DNA of 64,000 nucleotides from an uncultured Acidobacteriota bacterium. GTDB taxonomy: Bacteria; Acidobacteriota; Thermoanaerobaculia; UBA5066. The notes under the pieces were generated by a model that was not told the DNA's origin, did not search any database, and saw nothing but the letters and a program-made list of their open reading frames with translations. Location of the stretch: contig CAWGDR010000004.1 in the NCBI GenBank assembly GCA_963821435.1, forward strand, positions 255,596-319,595. The letters are read 5' to 3'. Below, in pieces: positions 50,139 through 58,357 of the stretch. Every line of letters starts with the position of its first letter. Position 1 is the first letter of the stretch. Made by a program: the position numbers and the translations under genes.

Positions 50139-52080
50139 ATGCCCGTCGTTTCCGGCACTCTCCTCGGGCGCTACCGCCTTCTCGAGAAGGCGGGGGCCGG
50201 TGGCATGTCCGAGGTGTGGAAGGCCGAGGACCAGACGCTCCACCGGACCGTCGCGGTCAAGGTGATCCACCCGCCGATCGCCACCGACCCCACCTACCGC
50301 GAGCGCTTTCTCCGCGAGGCGCGCCTCGTGGCCGGCCTCGACCACCCGAACGTCCTGCCCGTCTACGACTTCGGCACGACGGCGATCGACGGCCAGGAGC
50401 TCTCCTACCTCGTCATGCCGCTCGTTTTGGGAGGGACGCTCAAGGGGCGGATCACCGGGCCCGTCCCGTTCCCGCTCGCGGTGTCGTGGCTCCACGCCGT
50501 CGCCCTCGCGCTCGACCACGCGCACGCCAAGGGGATCCTCCACCGAGACGTCAAGCCGGGAAACGTCCTCCTCGACTCGCAGGGGAAGCCGATGCTGGCG
50601 GACTTCGGTCTCGCGCGGAGCGCCGAGAGCCTGACCTCCGGCCTGACGCAGACCGGCACCGTGCTCGGGACGCCGCTCTACATGGCGCCCGAGCAGGCGC
50701 AGGGGGGACGCTCGACGCGCGCGCGGACCAGTACGCCCTCGCGATCATCGCCTTCGAGCTCCTGACCGGCCTCGTCCCGTTCCGCGCCGAGTCGCCCGCT
50801 CGCCGTCCTCCACCAGCACGTCTCGGCCCCGCCCCCGCCGGCGTCGAGCGTCGTCCCCGCGATCCCCGCGGCGGCGGACGCCGTCCTCGGCCGCGGCCTC
50901 GCCAAGGCGCCCGCCGACCGGTTCGCGTCGTGCTCCGCGTTCGTAGAGGCACTCGGAGGGGCGCTCGGGGTCCCCGTCGTCGCGACGACCCAGCCCACGG
51001 CGCAGCCTCTTCCGGCGGCGGCTCCCGCGGCGCCCCCGACCTACGGCGGGGTCCCGGCATCCTCCAGGTCGCAGGCCGCCACCGTCGTCTCGGGCCGCGA
51101 CCTCGACCCGCACGATCGTCTCGCCGCACCCGCCTCGCTGCCGCCCCTGCCGGCGGCCGCTCCGACCGCCGTCACCGTTCCCTCGCCTCCGCCGAAGCGA
51201 GGTGCGCGGATTCTCCTCGCGGCCGGCGTCGTTCTCCTCGCCCTCGTCGCGGTGGCGCTTTTCGTCCAGCAGCGTCGGGCCGCGCGGCCGGCGGAGAACC
51301 CCGTGAGGACGGAGATCGCCGCCCTGCCGACCCCCCTCCCCCCGACCCCGATGCCCGTCGAGACACCGGCCCCTCCGAAGGAGGAGAAGGCCGAAGCCCC
51401 CGCCGCCGCACCGACCCCCGCGCCGCCGCCCGCCCTCCCAGCGCTTCCCAAGGGAGCGCGCGCGCCCGGAACGGGCGAAGCCGTCCCGGCTCCTCCGGCG
51501 CCCCCGCCCGCGCCGAGGCTTCCCCGTCCGGAAGCCCTCCTCGGGCAGCGCCTCGCAGGCGGGCGACACGCGCCTCGCCGAGGCGTACCACGCGCTCGAC
51601 AACTCGCGCCGGCGCCGGCTGACGCGCGAAGACTTCGTCGGCGCGATGGGGTCGGCGCGCGAGGTCCTCGCCTCGCGCCCCTCGAACGAAGTGAGAGTCC
51701 TGGACGCGTACGCGCGTGCCGGCGTCGCCTTCAGCGACGGGAACGACGCCGAGGCGTGGCAGCTCCTCAGCCGCGCCTTCGACCTGGCCCCCGGCCTCGC
51801 CCGGGGCCGCGTCCTCGGCTTCGTCGACCACGAGATGCGGTCGCTCGGCCCCACCCCGGGCCCGGACGGAGCGTGGGTGATGGGGCTCGCCTTCTGCGAC
51901 GTGCGCGGAGACTTGGCCGAGGAGCTCGGAAAGGCGCTCGGGCGCTCGCCCGAGTCGGCCCGCGCCCACTACGCCGCGGCGCTCGCCGCCTGGCAGGCGG
52001 GACGCGCCGCCGACGCCGCGCGCGAGGCCCGGAAGGCCTGCGACCACGGCATCAACGAAGCGTGCGATCTCCTGAGGTAG
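50139..52080 (+). CDS. receptor-type Ser/Thr protein kinase (kinase domain + TM + Pro-rich linker + C-terminal extracytoplasmic helical domain); several indels
   Basis: The kinase domain contains 'YRLLEKAGAGGMSEVWKA', 'VAVKVI', 'HRDVKPGNVLL' and 'DFGLAR...GTPLYMAPEQ'. The TM helix is 'ILLAAGVVLLALVAVALFV'. The C-terminal domain '...WQLLSRAFDLAPGLARGRVLGFVDHEMRSLG...' lies in another frame. Confidence 0.65.
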
Positions 52081-52095
52081 AGGAAACCGGCCCGG

Positions 52096-53017
52096 TCAGT
52101 TCTTGATGGCGTCGCCCGCCTTGAAGCCGGAGCCCGAGACGACCTTCGCCGTGGAGAGCCGGGGCCCCATGACCTTTTCGACGCGCAGCCGGCCGACCTT
52201 CGTCTCGTTCTGGCCGAGGACCTCGCCCGAGTCCGGATCCTTGATCGGGGCGCCCAGCCGCATGACGTTGAACTCCTCACCTTCCTTCACGCCGGCCTCG
52301 GAGCCGACGTTCAGGTAGATCTCCCCGCCGTCGACGCGGGCGATCTTCCCCGCCACCCCCGAGGAGTCGCCCGAGCCGCCCGCGCCGCTCGAGGAGAGCG
52401 ACTTCTGGGCGAGCGAGTCCGCGAGCTTCGTGACGACGGGCCGGACCAGATGGTCCAGCTTCCGCTGGTCGTCGACGCCGCCGCCGGCACCCGCCACGTA
52501 GACGCTCGAGCTGGAGGACTCCTCCTTGGCGGAGTCGGCCCAGACGATCTCACCCGTCGTCGTCGAGAAGGCGCGCGCGTCGATGGCGCAGTCCATCTTC
52601 GAGACGCCGACGTTGACGCTCGGGATCCCGCGGATCCACGGCGTGTTGACGTTCGTCTTCTGCGCGCCGAGCTCGGTCAAGGCGCCGGCGATGAGGTACT
52701 CGACGCCGAGGAGCTTCCCGATCTTCATCGCCGTCTTCGGGTCGACGTCGCCGGAGAGCGTCAGGTGCTTCTCCTGCATGATCGCGTTCAGCTGCTCGCG
52801 CTCGATGACGCGGTACTTCCCGGTCTTGACGAGCGCGGTCACGAACATGTCCTGGGCCTGGGTGCCGGCCTGGTACCAGTTCCAGCTCCAGCCCGAGACC
52901 TTGTTCTTGAACTCGATGACCGCCACGCGCGGCTTGGCCTGGGCGAAGGCCGGGCCCGCGGCCGCGAGCGGCCAGGGCGCCCGAAACGAGGAAACCGGCA
53001 ATCCGGGTCGCTCTCAT
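52096..53017 (-). CDS. CsgG/HfaB-family lipoprotein with about 100-aa C-terminal beta-rich extension; one indel after the signal peptide
   Basis: An SD GGGAGGAG precedes the start. The signal sequence is 'MRATRIAGFLVS...LAAAGPAFA'. The CsgG-like core reads 'RVAVIEFKNKVSGWSWNWYQAGTQAQDMFVTALVKTGKYRVIEREQL...AMKIGKLLGVEYLIAGALTELG'. Confidence 0.65.
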
Positions 53018-53062
53018 GTCTTTCTCCTCCCTGTGGTGTTTCGAGACGCACATTCTAGACGC

Positions 53063-53075
53063 TTAGACTCGGCCC
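53063..53075 (+). promoter_or_regulatory. conserved motif TTAGACTCGGCCC abutting the GTG start of the Smr gene (member of the TTAGACTCCGCCCC motif family)
   Basis: TAGACT (TANNNT) lies 6 nt upstream of the GTG at 53076 and there is no SD. The divergent csgG-like promoter (TAGAAT on the minus strand) shares the TCTAGA palindrome at 53055-53060. Confidence 0.4.
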
Positions 53076-53405
53076 GTGGGAGAGAGCCGCGACGGACCGC
53101 CCGACGCGCCCGGGGCGCCCCCGTCCCCCGTCGAGATCCCGATCGAGGATGCCCTCGACCTCCACCCGTTCCGGCCCGGCGAGACCGCCGCCGTCGTCAC
53201 CGACTACGTGGAGGCCGCCGCGGCGCGCGGCTTCTCCGAGGTCCGGCTCGTCCACGGCCGGGGCGCCGGCGTCCAGCGCCGCATCGTCCGGGGGGCTCTC
53301 GCCCGCTCGCCTTTCGTCGTCTCGTTCGCCGACGCGACGCCCGACCGGGGAGGCTGGGGCGCGACCGTGGCGGTCCTGCGGAACCGCGGAAACGCTCCGC
53401 GTTGA
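53076..53405 (+). CDS. Smr (MutS2 C-terminal-like) domain protein
   Basis: 'DLHPFRPGETAAVVTDYVEAAAARGFSEVRLVHGRGAGVQRRIVRGALARSPFVVSF...GGWGATVAVL' matches the Smr pattern 'DLHG...v.iIHGkG.g.Lr..v...L...p.V..f.......GG.GaT.V.L'. Confidence 0.6.
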   Translation: MGESRDGPPDAPGAPPSPVEIPIEDALDLHPFRPGETAAVVTDYVEAAAARGFSEVRLVHGRGAGVQRRIVRGALARSPFVVSFADATPDRGGWGATVAVLRNRGNAPR

Positions 53406-53420
53406 CGCGTGTCGGGTGAA

Positions 53421-53434
53421 TTAGACTCCGCCCC
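53421..53434 (+). promoter_or_regulatory. conserved motif TTAGACTCCGCCCC immediately upstream of the FabH-like GTG start
   Basis: TAGACT lies 7 nt upstream of the GTG at 53435. A TTGACG -35-like hexamer lies 14 nt further upstream. There is no SD. Confidence 0.4.
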
Positions 53435-54529
53435 GTGAAAAATCTGACGCCCGCGCCGGGGAACCGGATCATGGCCATCCGTGGCTCCGGCTTGCATGTC
53501 CCGCCCCAGGTCGTCACGAACGAGATGATGTCCCGGATCATGGAGACCTCGGACGACTGGATCGTCCCGAGGACCGGGATCCGCGAGCGGCACTTCGCTC
53601 CGCCGGGCGTCGGCTCGGCAGGCCTCGGCGTGAAGGCCGCCGAGGCGGCCCTCGCCGACGCGGGGCTGACGGCGTCCGACATCGACTTCGTCGTCTTCGC
53701 CACCATGACGCCCGACCTCTACTTTCCCGGCAACGGCGGCCTCCTGGCGCGGGACCTCGGGATGAAGACGACGCACGCTCTCGACATCCGGATGCAGTGC
53801 GCGGGATTCCTGTCGGGCCTTCAGACCGCCGACGCCTTCATCCGCTCGGGGATGTACGACCGGATCCTCCTCGTCGGCGCCGAGGTCCACAGCGGCCTGA
53901 TGCCGTGGCCGGAGTCGGTCTGGGACGTGATGCTCGGAAAGTCCCCGGGACCCTGCGACCCCGACTGGTACCGGAAGGTGACGAGCTTGCGCGACCGGGC
54001 GGTCCTCTTCGGGGACGGGGCCGGGGCGTTCGTCCTCGAGGCGAACGAGTCGGGGGACGGGCGCGGGTTTCTCTCCTTCGCGATGTACACGGACGGCGCG
54101 CACTGGGACAAGCTCCACGTCCCGGGCGTCGGCTGCCGGTTCCGTCCCTACGTCACGCACGAGATGGTGGAGCGGCTCGACTCGGTGCCGATCGTCGAGG
54201 GGCGGCAGGTCTTCCGCCTCGCCGTGCAGCTGATGCCGGCCGCCGTGATGGAGGTCCTCGGGGCGAACGGGAAAACGCTCGACGACCTCGACCTCCTCCT
54301 GATGCACCAGGCGAACCTGCGGATCAACGAGGCGGCGCAGAAGGCGCTCGGGCTGCCCGACGGGAAGGTCTTCAACAACATCGAGAAGTACGGCAACACG
54401 ACGGCCGCGACGCTCCCGATGGCCTTCCACGAGGCGAAGCTCGCGGGCCGGGCGAAGGCCGGCGACCTCGTTGCGTTCACCGCCCTCGGCGCGGGCCTCC
54501 ATTGGGGCGCGGCGCTCGCGCGCGTCTAG
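53435..54529 (+). CDS. 3-oxoacyl-ACP synthase III-like (FabH/KAS III family)
   Basis: The gene is intact at 364 aa. 'WIVPRTGIRERHFA' is present. The catalytic Cys is in 'MQCAGFLSGL', the His in 'LLLMHQANLRI' and the Asn in 'NIEKYGNTTAATLP'. The gene also has unusual N-terminal and internal insertions. Confidence 0.8.
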   Translation: MKNLTPAPGNRIMAIRGSGLHVPPQVVTNEMMSRIMETSDDWIVPRTGIRERHFAPPGVGSAGLGVKAAEAALADAGLTASDIDFVVFATMTPDLYFPGNGGLLARDLGMKTTHALDIRMQCAGFLSGLQTADAFIRSGMYDRILLVGAEVHSGLMPWPESVWDVMLGKSPGPCDPDWYRKVTSLRDRAVLFGDGAGAFVLEANESGDGRGFLSFAMYTDGAHWDKLHVPGVGCRFRPYVTHEMVERLDSVPIVEGRQVFRLAVQLMPAAVMEVLGANGKTLDDLDLLLMHQANLRINEAAQKALGLPDGKVFNNIEKYGNTTAATLPMAFHEAKLAGRAKAGDLVAFTALGAGLHWGAALARV

Positions 54530-55995
54530 CCGGCGGGCTTCTCCCGGAGCTTCGCGACCGCCTCGGCCGGCCCGGCGAGGAGAGCGGCGCGGCGGCGGGC
54601 CCGGTCGGCCAGTTCCGGGCTCGTCCCGGGAACTCCCGCGCGGACCTCCAGCGCCTCCGCCGAGCGGGCGAGCGCAGCCGTCACCTCCAGCGCGAACGGC
54701 TCTCCCGCCTCGCTCTCGAGGCCTTTCCGGTCCGCGAGGCGGACGACCCCCGCGAGGCCGTGGATGAGGACCGGAAGCAGGGCTGGATCGCGGTCGAGGT
54801 CGAGGAGCAGGCGGCCGATCACCCGCTCGACGGGGTGCCAGAGGACGCGCGTGAAGGCGCCGTCGTCCTTCTCGACATCCTCCCTCATCCACGAAACGAG
54901 CGCCGCGGCCCACGGCCCGACGCTCGCCGCCTCGGCCCCCGCCGCGGTGACGATGCGGGCCAGCGGGCGCATCGCGCGGTCCGCGGCGCCGTCGAAGAGG
55001 CCCGCCCGGGCCACGTCCCTCATCGCGCCGACGAAGGAACGGGCGGCGTTCCCGACGAACTGCTCCATCCCCTTCTCCCGGCCCGCGAGGAGGAGGCCGC
55101 ACCAGCCGTCGAAGTAGGCGAAGGCGACCGACGGGGACCCACGCCGGACGACCGGCACGCGCAGCTCGGCGAACCAAGGCGTCACGAGGAGCTGGTAGAT
55201 CCGGTCGTGGGACTCGTCCGCGAGCTCGGCGAGCCGGCGGGCCACGAGCGACACCGACGACGTGACGACGGAGGCGGGGCTCTGCCCGACGACGGTCTCG
55301 AGGACGTCGTGGACGGTGACGAGCGGGTCGTCGGCCTCGCCCGGCGCCATCCGGAAGGCGAAGATGAGGTCGTTCAGCGTGTCGGCGCGGCCCCGCTCCG
55401 TCGCGTCGACGCCGAGGAGCCGCCGCTCCCGCGCGTCGAGGTACGGGCCATCCACCTGCGAAAGCGCCGCGCCGAGGAGCCGCTCCTGCGTCAGGAGGGT
55501 CGGGATCGTCCGGAAGAGACGGACGAGGGCGACGATGACCGCGCCGAACTGCAGGTAGCCGCCGAACGAAAGGAGGAAGACCGTCCCCTCGCTGTGCGAG
55601 ACCCGGGGCAGGTGCGAGAGAAGGAGCGCGAGGCAGCAGGCGAGGATCGTCACGATGGCGCCCGTCTGCGCGAGGCGGAAGTCGGGGTCCTTGAGGACGA
55701 TCGCGCCGAGGTGCGAGCGCTGGACCGACGTCCCGAGCGTCATCGAGAGGATCAGGACCGAGCCGGCCACCGCCATGATGCCGGCCAGGACCGAGGCCAT
55801 CGTGCCCAGGAGGTAGGTGAACGGCACCATGTCCTCGGACGGGACGGGGTTGGGGGCCGGCGATGCAAACGCCGAGAGCACCGACGCGGCCTGGAGGACG
55901 AGTCCGACCGCGAGGATCGCGAGCAGGACCCCGCGCGTCCGGGCGTCGGCCGCGGCCTTCAGGCTCCGGGCCTCCCGATCCGCCGCCGTGCTCAT
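54526..55995 (-). CDS. hypothetical membrane protein (about 6 N-terminal TM helices + about 270-aa cytoplasmic domain), unknown function
   Basis: The gene is intact at 489 aa. Its start overlaps the stop of the upstream ATP-grasp-like gene. Its TAG stop shares a CTAG palindrome with the convergent fabH-like stop. No family recognised. Confidence 0.45.
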   Translation of the reverse strand: MSTAADREARSLKAAADARTRGVLLAILAVGLVLQAASVLSAFASPAPNPVPSEDMVPFTYLLGTMASVLAGIMAVAGSVLILSMTLGTSVQRSHLGAIVLKDPDFRLAQTGAIVTILACCLALLLSHLPRVSHSEGTVFLLSFGGYLQFGAVIVALVRLFRTIPTLLTQERLLGAALSQVDGPYLDARERRLLGVDATERGRADTLNDLIFAFRMAPGEADDPLVTVHDVLETVVGQSPASVVTSSVSLVARRLAELADESHDRIYQLLVTPWFAELRVPVVRRGSPSVAFAYFDGWCGLLLAGREKGMEQFVGNAARSFVGAMRDVARAGLFDGAADRAMRPLARIVTAAGAEAASVGPWAAALVSWMREDVEKDDGAFTRVLWHPVERVIGRLLLDLDRDPALLPVLIHGLAGVVRLADRKGLESEAGEPFALEVTAALARSAEALEVRAGVPGTSPELADRARRRAALLAGPAEAVAKLREKPAG

Positions 55996-57209
55996 CGGCC
56001 CGGCCGGATCGCGACCGACGACCCGACCCAGGTGAAGTCCTTGTTGAAGTCGACGCCGAGCATCTTTCCGCGGGAGAGCCGGCAGAGGTTGAGCCCCAGG
56101 GTCAGCCCGTTTTCCCCCTCGGGCCGGTAGAACATCATCCGGATCTCCACCTTCACCCCCCCGCCGTCGGCCGCCGCGAGGCAGGGAGCGTACGAGATCT
56201 TCTCCTGCAGGCACCACGCGGCGCGCTCGGAGGCGGGGATCCTCTCCACGTCGGCGCGCGTCGGCTCCACGTTGACGCCCCCGCCCGCGAACGAAAAAAG
56301 CGGCTTCAGGACGTACCGCTCCCGGAGGTCGGCCGGGAGCTCCGCGAGGTCGGCGAGCGACGTCGCCTTCGGCACCGCGGGGTGGGAGAGGAGCGGGATC
56401 GACGCCTTCGACCAGGTCCAGTACCAGTTCGGGTGCGGGACCCACGTGACGTCGAGCGGCTCCCGGTAGTCGAACGGCAGCGCGACGTTCTCCTTGATCA
56501 GCTCGTCGAAGACGACCCGGTTGTAGATCCGCTCGACCGGCACCTTCCGCCCGTCCTTCGTCCGGAAGAGCCTCCGTCCTTCCTTCACGAGGTCTCGCGG
56601 GTCGACCGCGTCGACGCCGAGCAGCTTCTTCGTCGCGGCGAAGTCGACGTGGGTCTTCTGCTTCGCCGGATGGAGGTCGACGAGCACGACGCGCTCCGGT
56701 TCGTGGCGGCCGACGATCGTCCGGCGGAAGAGGTCGAGGAAGCGCTCGCGGGTGAGGCCCGAGAAGTAGGGGCTCCACGGCCCCTCCGGGAGGCCGGGAA
56801 TCCCCTCAAGGCACTCGCTCCAGACGTCGGACTGCAGCACCTCGAACGCGGAGAGGGACGGGAAGCCCTGCAGCTCGATGAGACGCGGGACGAGGCGGCC
56901 CGACGGGTCCTCGACGACCGCGAGGTCGACCTGCGCCACCTCGGGGAGCGCCTCCATGCCGGGTGCGTGCCACGCCGCCGGGATGTGCGCGCGCATCGCC
57001 GCCGCCTTCGCCGGGTCCGAAAGCTCGGCGACGATCTCCACCGCCGTCGCGACGAGCTGCCGCTCGAGGTCTTCCGTCAGGAAGACCGGCGTCTCCGCGA
57101 GACGGAAGCCCGCCGCCGCGCCGGCGCGCGCGGCGAGCGCTTGCGCCTGGCGGCGGTAGAGATCGTCGGTGAAGGCCGCGTTGAAGGCGCGGCGGTATCC
57201 GGCATGCAC
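55992..57209 (-). CDS. putative circularly permuted ATP-grasp (glutathionylspermidine-synthase-like) family protein
   Basis: The gene is intact at 405 aa. 'RYVLKPLFSFAGGGVNVEPTRADVE' resembles the CP-ATP-grasp nucleotide-binding loop. The GTG start is preceded by the motif TTAGACTCCGCCCCCA. The assignment is tentative. Confidence 0.4.
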   Translation of the reverse strand: MHAGYRRAFNAAFTDDLYRRQAQALAARAGAAAGFRLAETPVFLTEDLERQLVATAVEIVAELSDPAKAAAMRAHIPAAWHAPGMEALPEVAQVDLAVVEDPSGRLVPRLIELQGFPSLSAFEVLQSDVWSECLEGIPGLPEGPWSPYFSGLTRERFLDLFRRTIVGRHEPERVVLVDLHPAKQKTHVDFAATKKLLGVDAVDPRDLVKEGRRLFRTKDGRKVPVERIYNRVVFDELIKENVALPFDYREPLDVTWVPHPNWYWTWSKASIPLLSHPAVPKATSLADLAELPADLRERYVLKPLFSFAGGGVNVEPTRADVERIPASERAAWCLQEKISYAPCLAAADGGGVKVEIRMMFYRPEGENGLTLGLNLCRLSRGKMLGVDFNKDFTWVGSSVAIRPGR

Positions 57210-57233
57210 TGGGGGCGGAGTCTAACCTCCGCC
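57210..57233 (-). promoter_or_regulatory. conserved motif TTAGACTCCGCCCCCA embedded in a perfect palindrome GGCGGAG-GTTAGAC-TCCGCC, 9 nt upstream of the ATP-grasp GTG
   Basis: The minus strand reads GGCGGAGGTTAGACTCCGCCCCCAGTG. There is no SD. Confidence 0.4.
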
Positions 57234-57314
57234 GTCGCCGGTCCGGGCCCAGGAAGCGCGACACTCCGGCACGCTCCGCTGACGCGGCGCGCCGTTCCGG
57301 CTTAAGCTCACGAC

Positions 57315-57809
57315 ATGGCGACCGTTCCGAAACCCCTCGTCGGCGTCGTGATGGGCAGCCGTTCCGACTGGGAGACGATGAAGTTCACGGACGAGGTGCT
57401 GACCCGCTTCGGCGTTCCGCACGAATGCCGCGTCCTTTCGGCCCACCGCAGCCCGAAACTGACGTCCGCGTACGCCCTGGCCGCCGAGAAGCGCGGCCTC
57501 GCGGTGATCATCGCGGCCGCCGGCGGCGCCGCCCACCTGGCCGGCGTCCTCGCGGCCCACACCGTCATTCCCGTTCTCGGGGTTCCGATGGAGAGCGCGT
57601 CGCTGAAGGGCCTCGACTCGCTCTTGTCGACGGTGCAAATGCCGGGCGGAGTCCCCGTCGGGACCCTCGGAATCGGGAAGCCCGGCGCCACGAATGCCGC
57701 GCTCCTCGCCGTCGCGATCCTCGCAGCGGGCGACGCCTCCCTCAAGATGAAGCTCCGGAGGTTCCGTGCCGACCAGGAGAAGGCGGTCCGGACCCAGACC
57801 CTCCCCTGA
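57315..57809 (+). CDS. purE: 5-(carboxyamino)imidazole ribonucleotide mutase
   Basis: The gene is intact at 164 aa. 'VGVVMGSRSDWETM' and 'VIIAAAGGAAHLAGVLAAHTVIPVLGVP' are diagnostic. Confidence 0.9.
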   Translation: MATVPKPLVGVVMGSRSDWETMKFTDEVLTRFGVPHECRVLSAHRSPKLTSAYALAAEKRGLAVIIAAAGGAAHLAGVLAAHTVIPVLGVPMESASLKGLDSLLSTVQMPGGVPVGTLGIGKPGATNAALLAVAILAAGDASLKMKLRRFRADQEKAVRTQTLP

Positions 57810-57830
57810 GCGGGTCGAAAGGACCGCCCC

Positions 57831-58353
57831 ATGAGAAAGCCCGTTCCGCTCGCCGTCCTCGCCCTTCTCGCCCTCGCCGCCGCCGCCGACGCCGGTGGCA
57901 TTCCCGAGGCGCTGAAGCCCGACGACGTGCCGAACTACCACCGCGTCTCCCCGCAGCTCGCCACCGCGGGCCAGCCTTCGCCCGAGTTCCTGAAGAAGGC
58001 GAAGGAGCTCGGCTTCGCCACGGCCGTGAACATCCGGATGCCGAGAGGAGGGGATCGAGGCCGACCGGAAGATCCTCGAGGGGCTCGGCATCCGCTTCGT
58101 CAGCGTCCCGGTGACGCCCGGTTCCTTCAGCCTCGCCGACGCGAAGGCCGTGGCCGCCGTCCTCGACGACCCTAAGGCCGGGCCGGTCCTCTTCTACTGC
58201 AGCTCCTCGAACCGGGTCGGGGGCGTCTGGGCCGTCGTCCAGGCGCTCCACGGAAAGAGCGACGAGGAGGCGCTGGCCGAGGGGAAGAAGGCCGGGCTGA
58301 AGAGCCCGGCCATGATCGACGCCACGCAGCGGGTCCTCCGGGAGGCCCGCTGA
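57831..58353 (+). CDS. secreted DUF442-like (beta-lactamase-hydrolase-like / sulfur-transferase-associated phosphatase fold) protein; indel near 58040
   Basis: The signal peptide is 'MRKPVPLAVLALLALAAAADA'. 'YHRVSPQLATAGQPSPEFLKKAKELGFATAVNIR' is followed, after a shift, by '...VLFYCSSSNRVGGVWAVVQALHG', a CX5R-like 'CSSSNR' motif. Confidence 0.5.
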
Positions 58354-58357
58354 CCCT

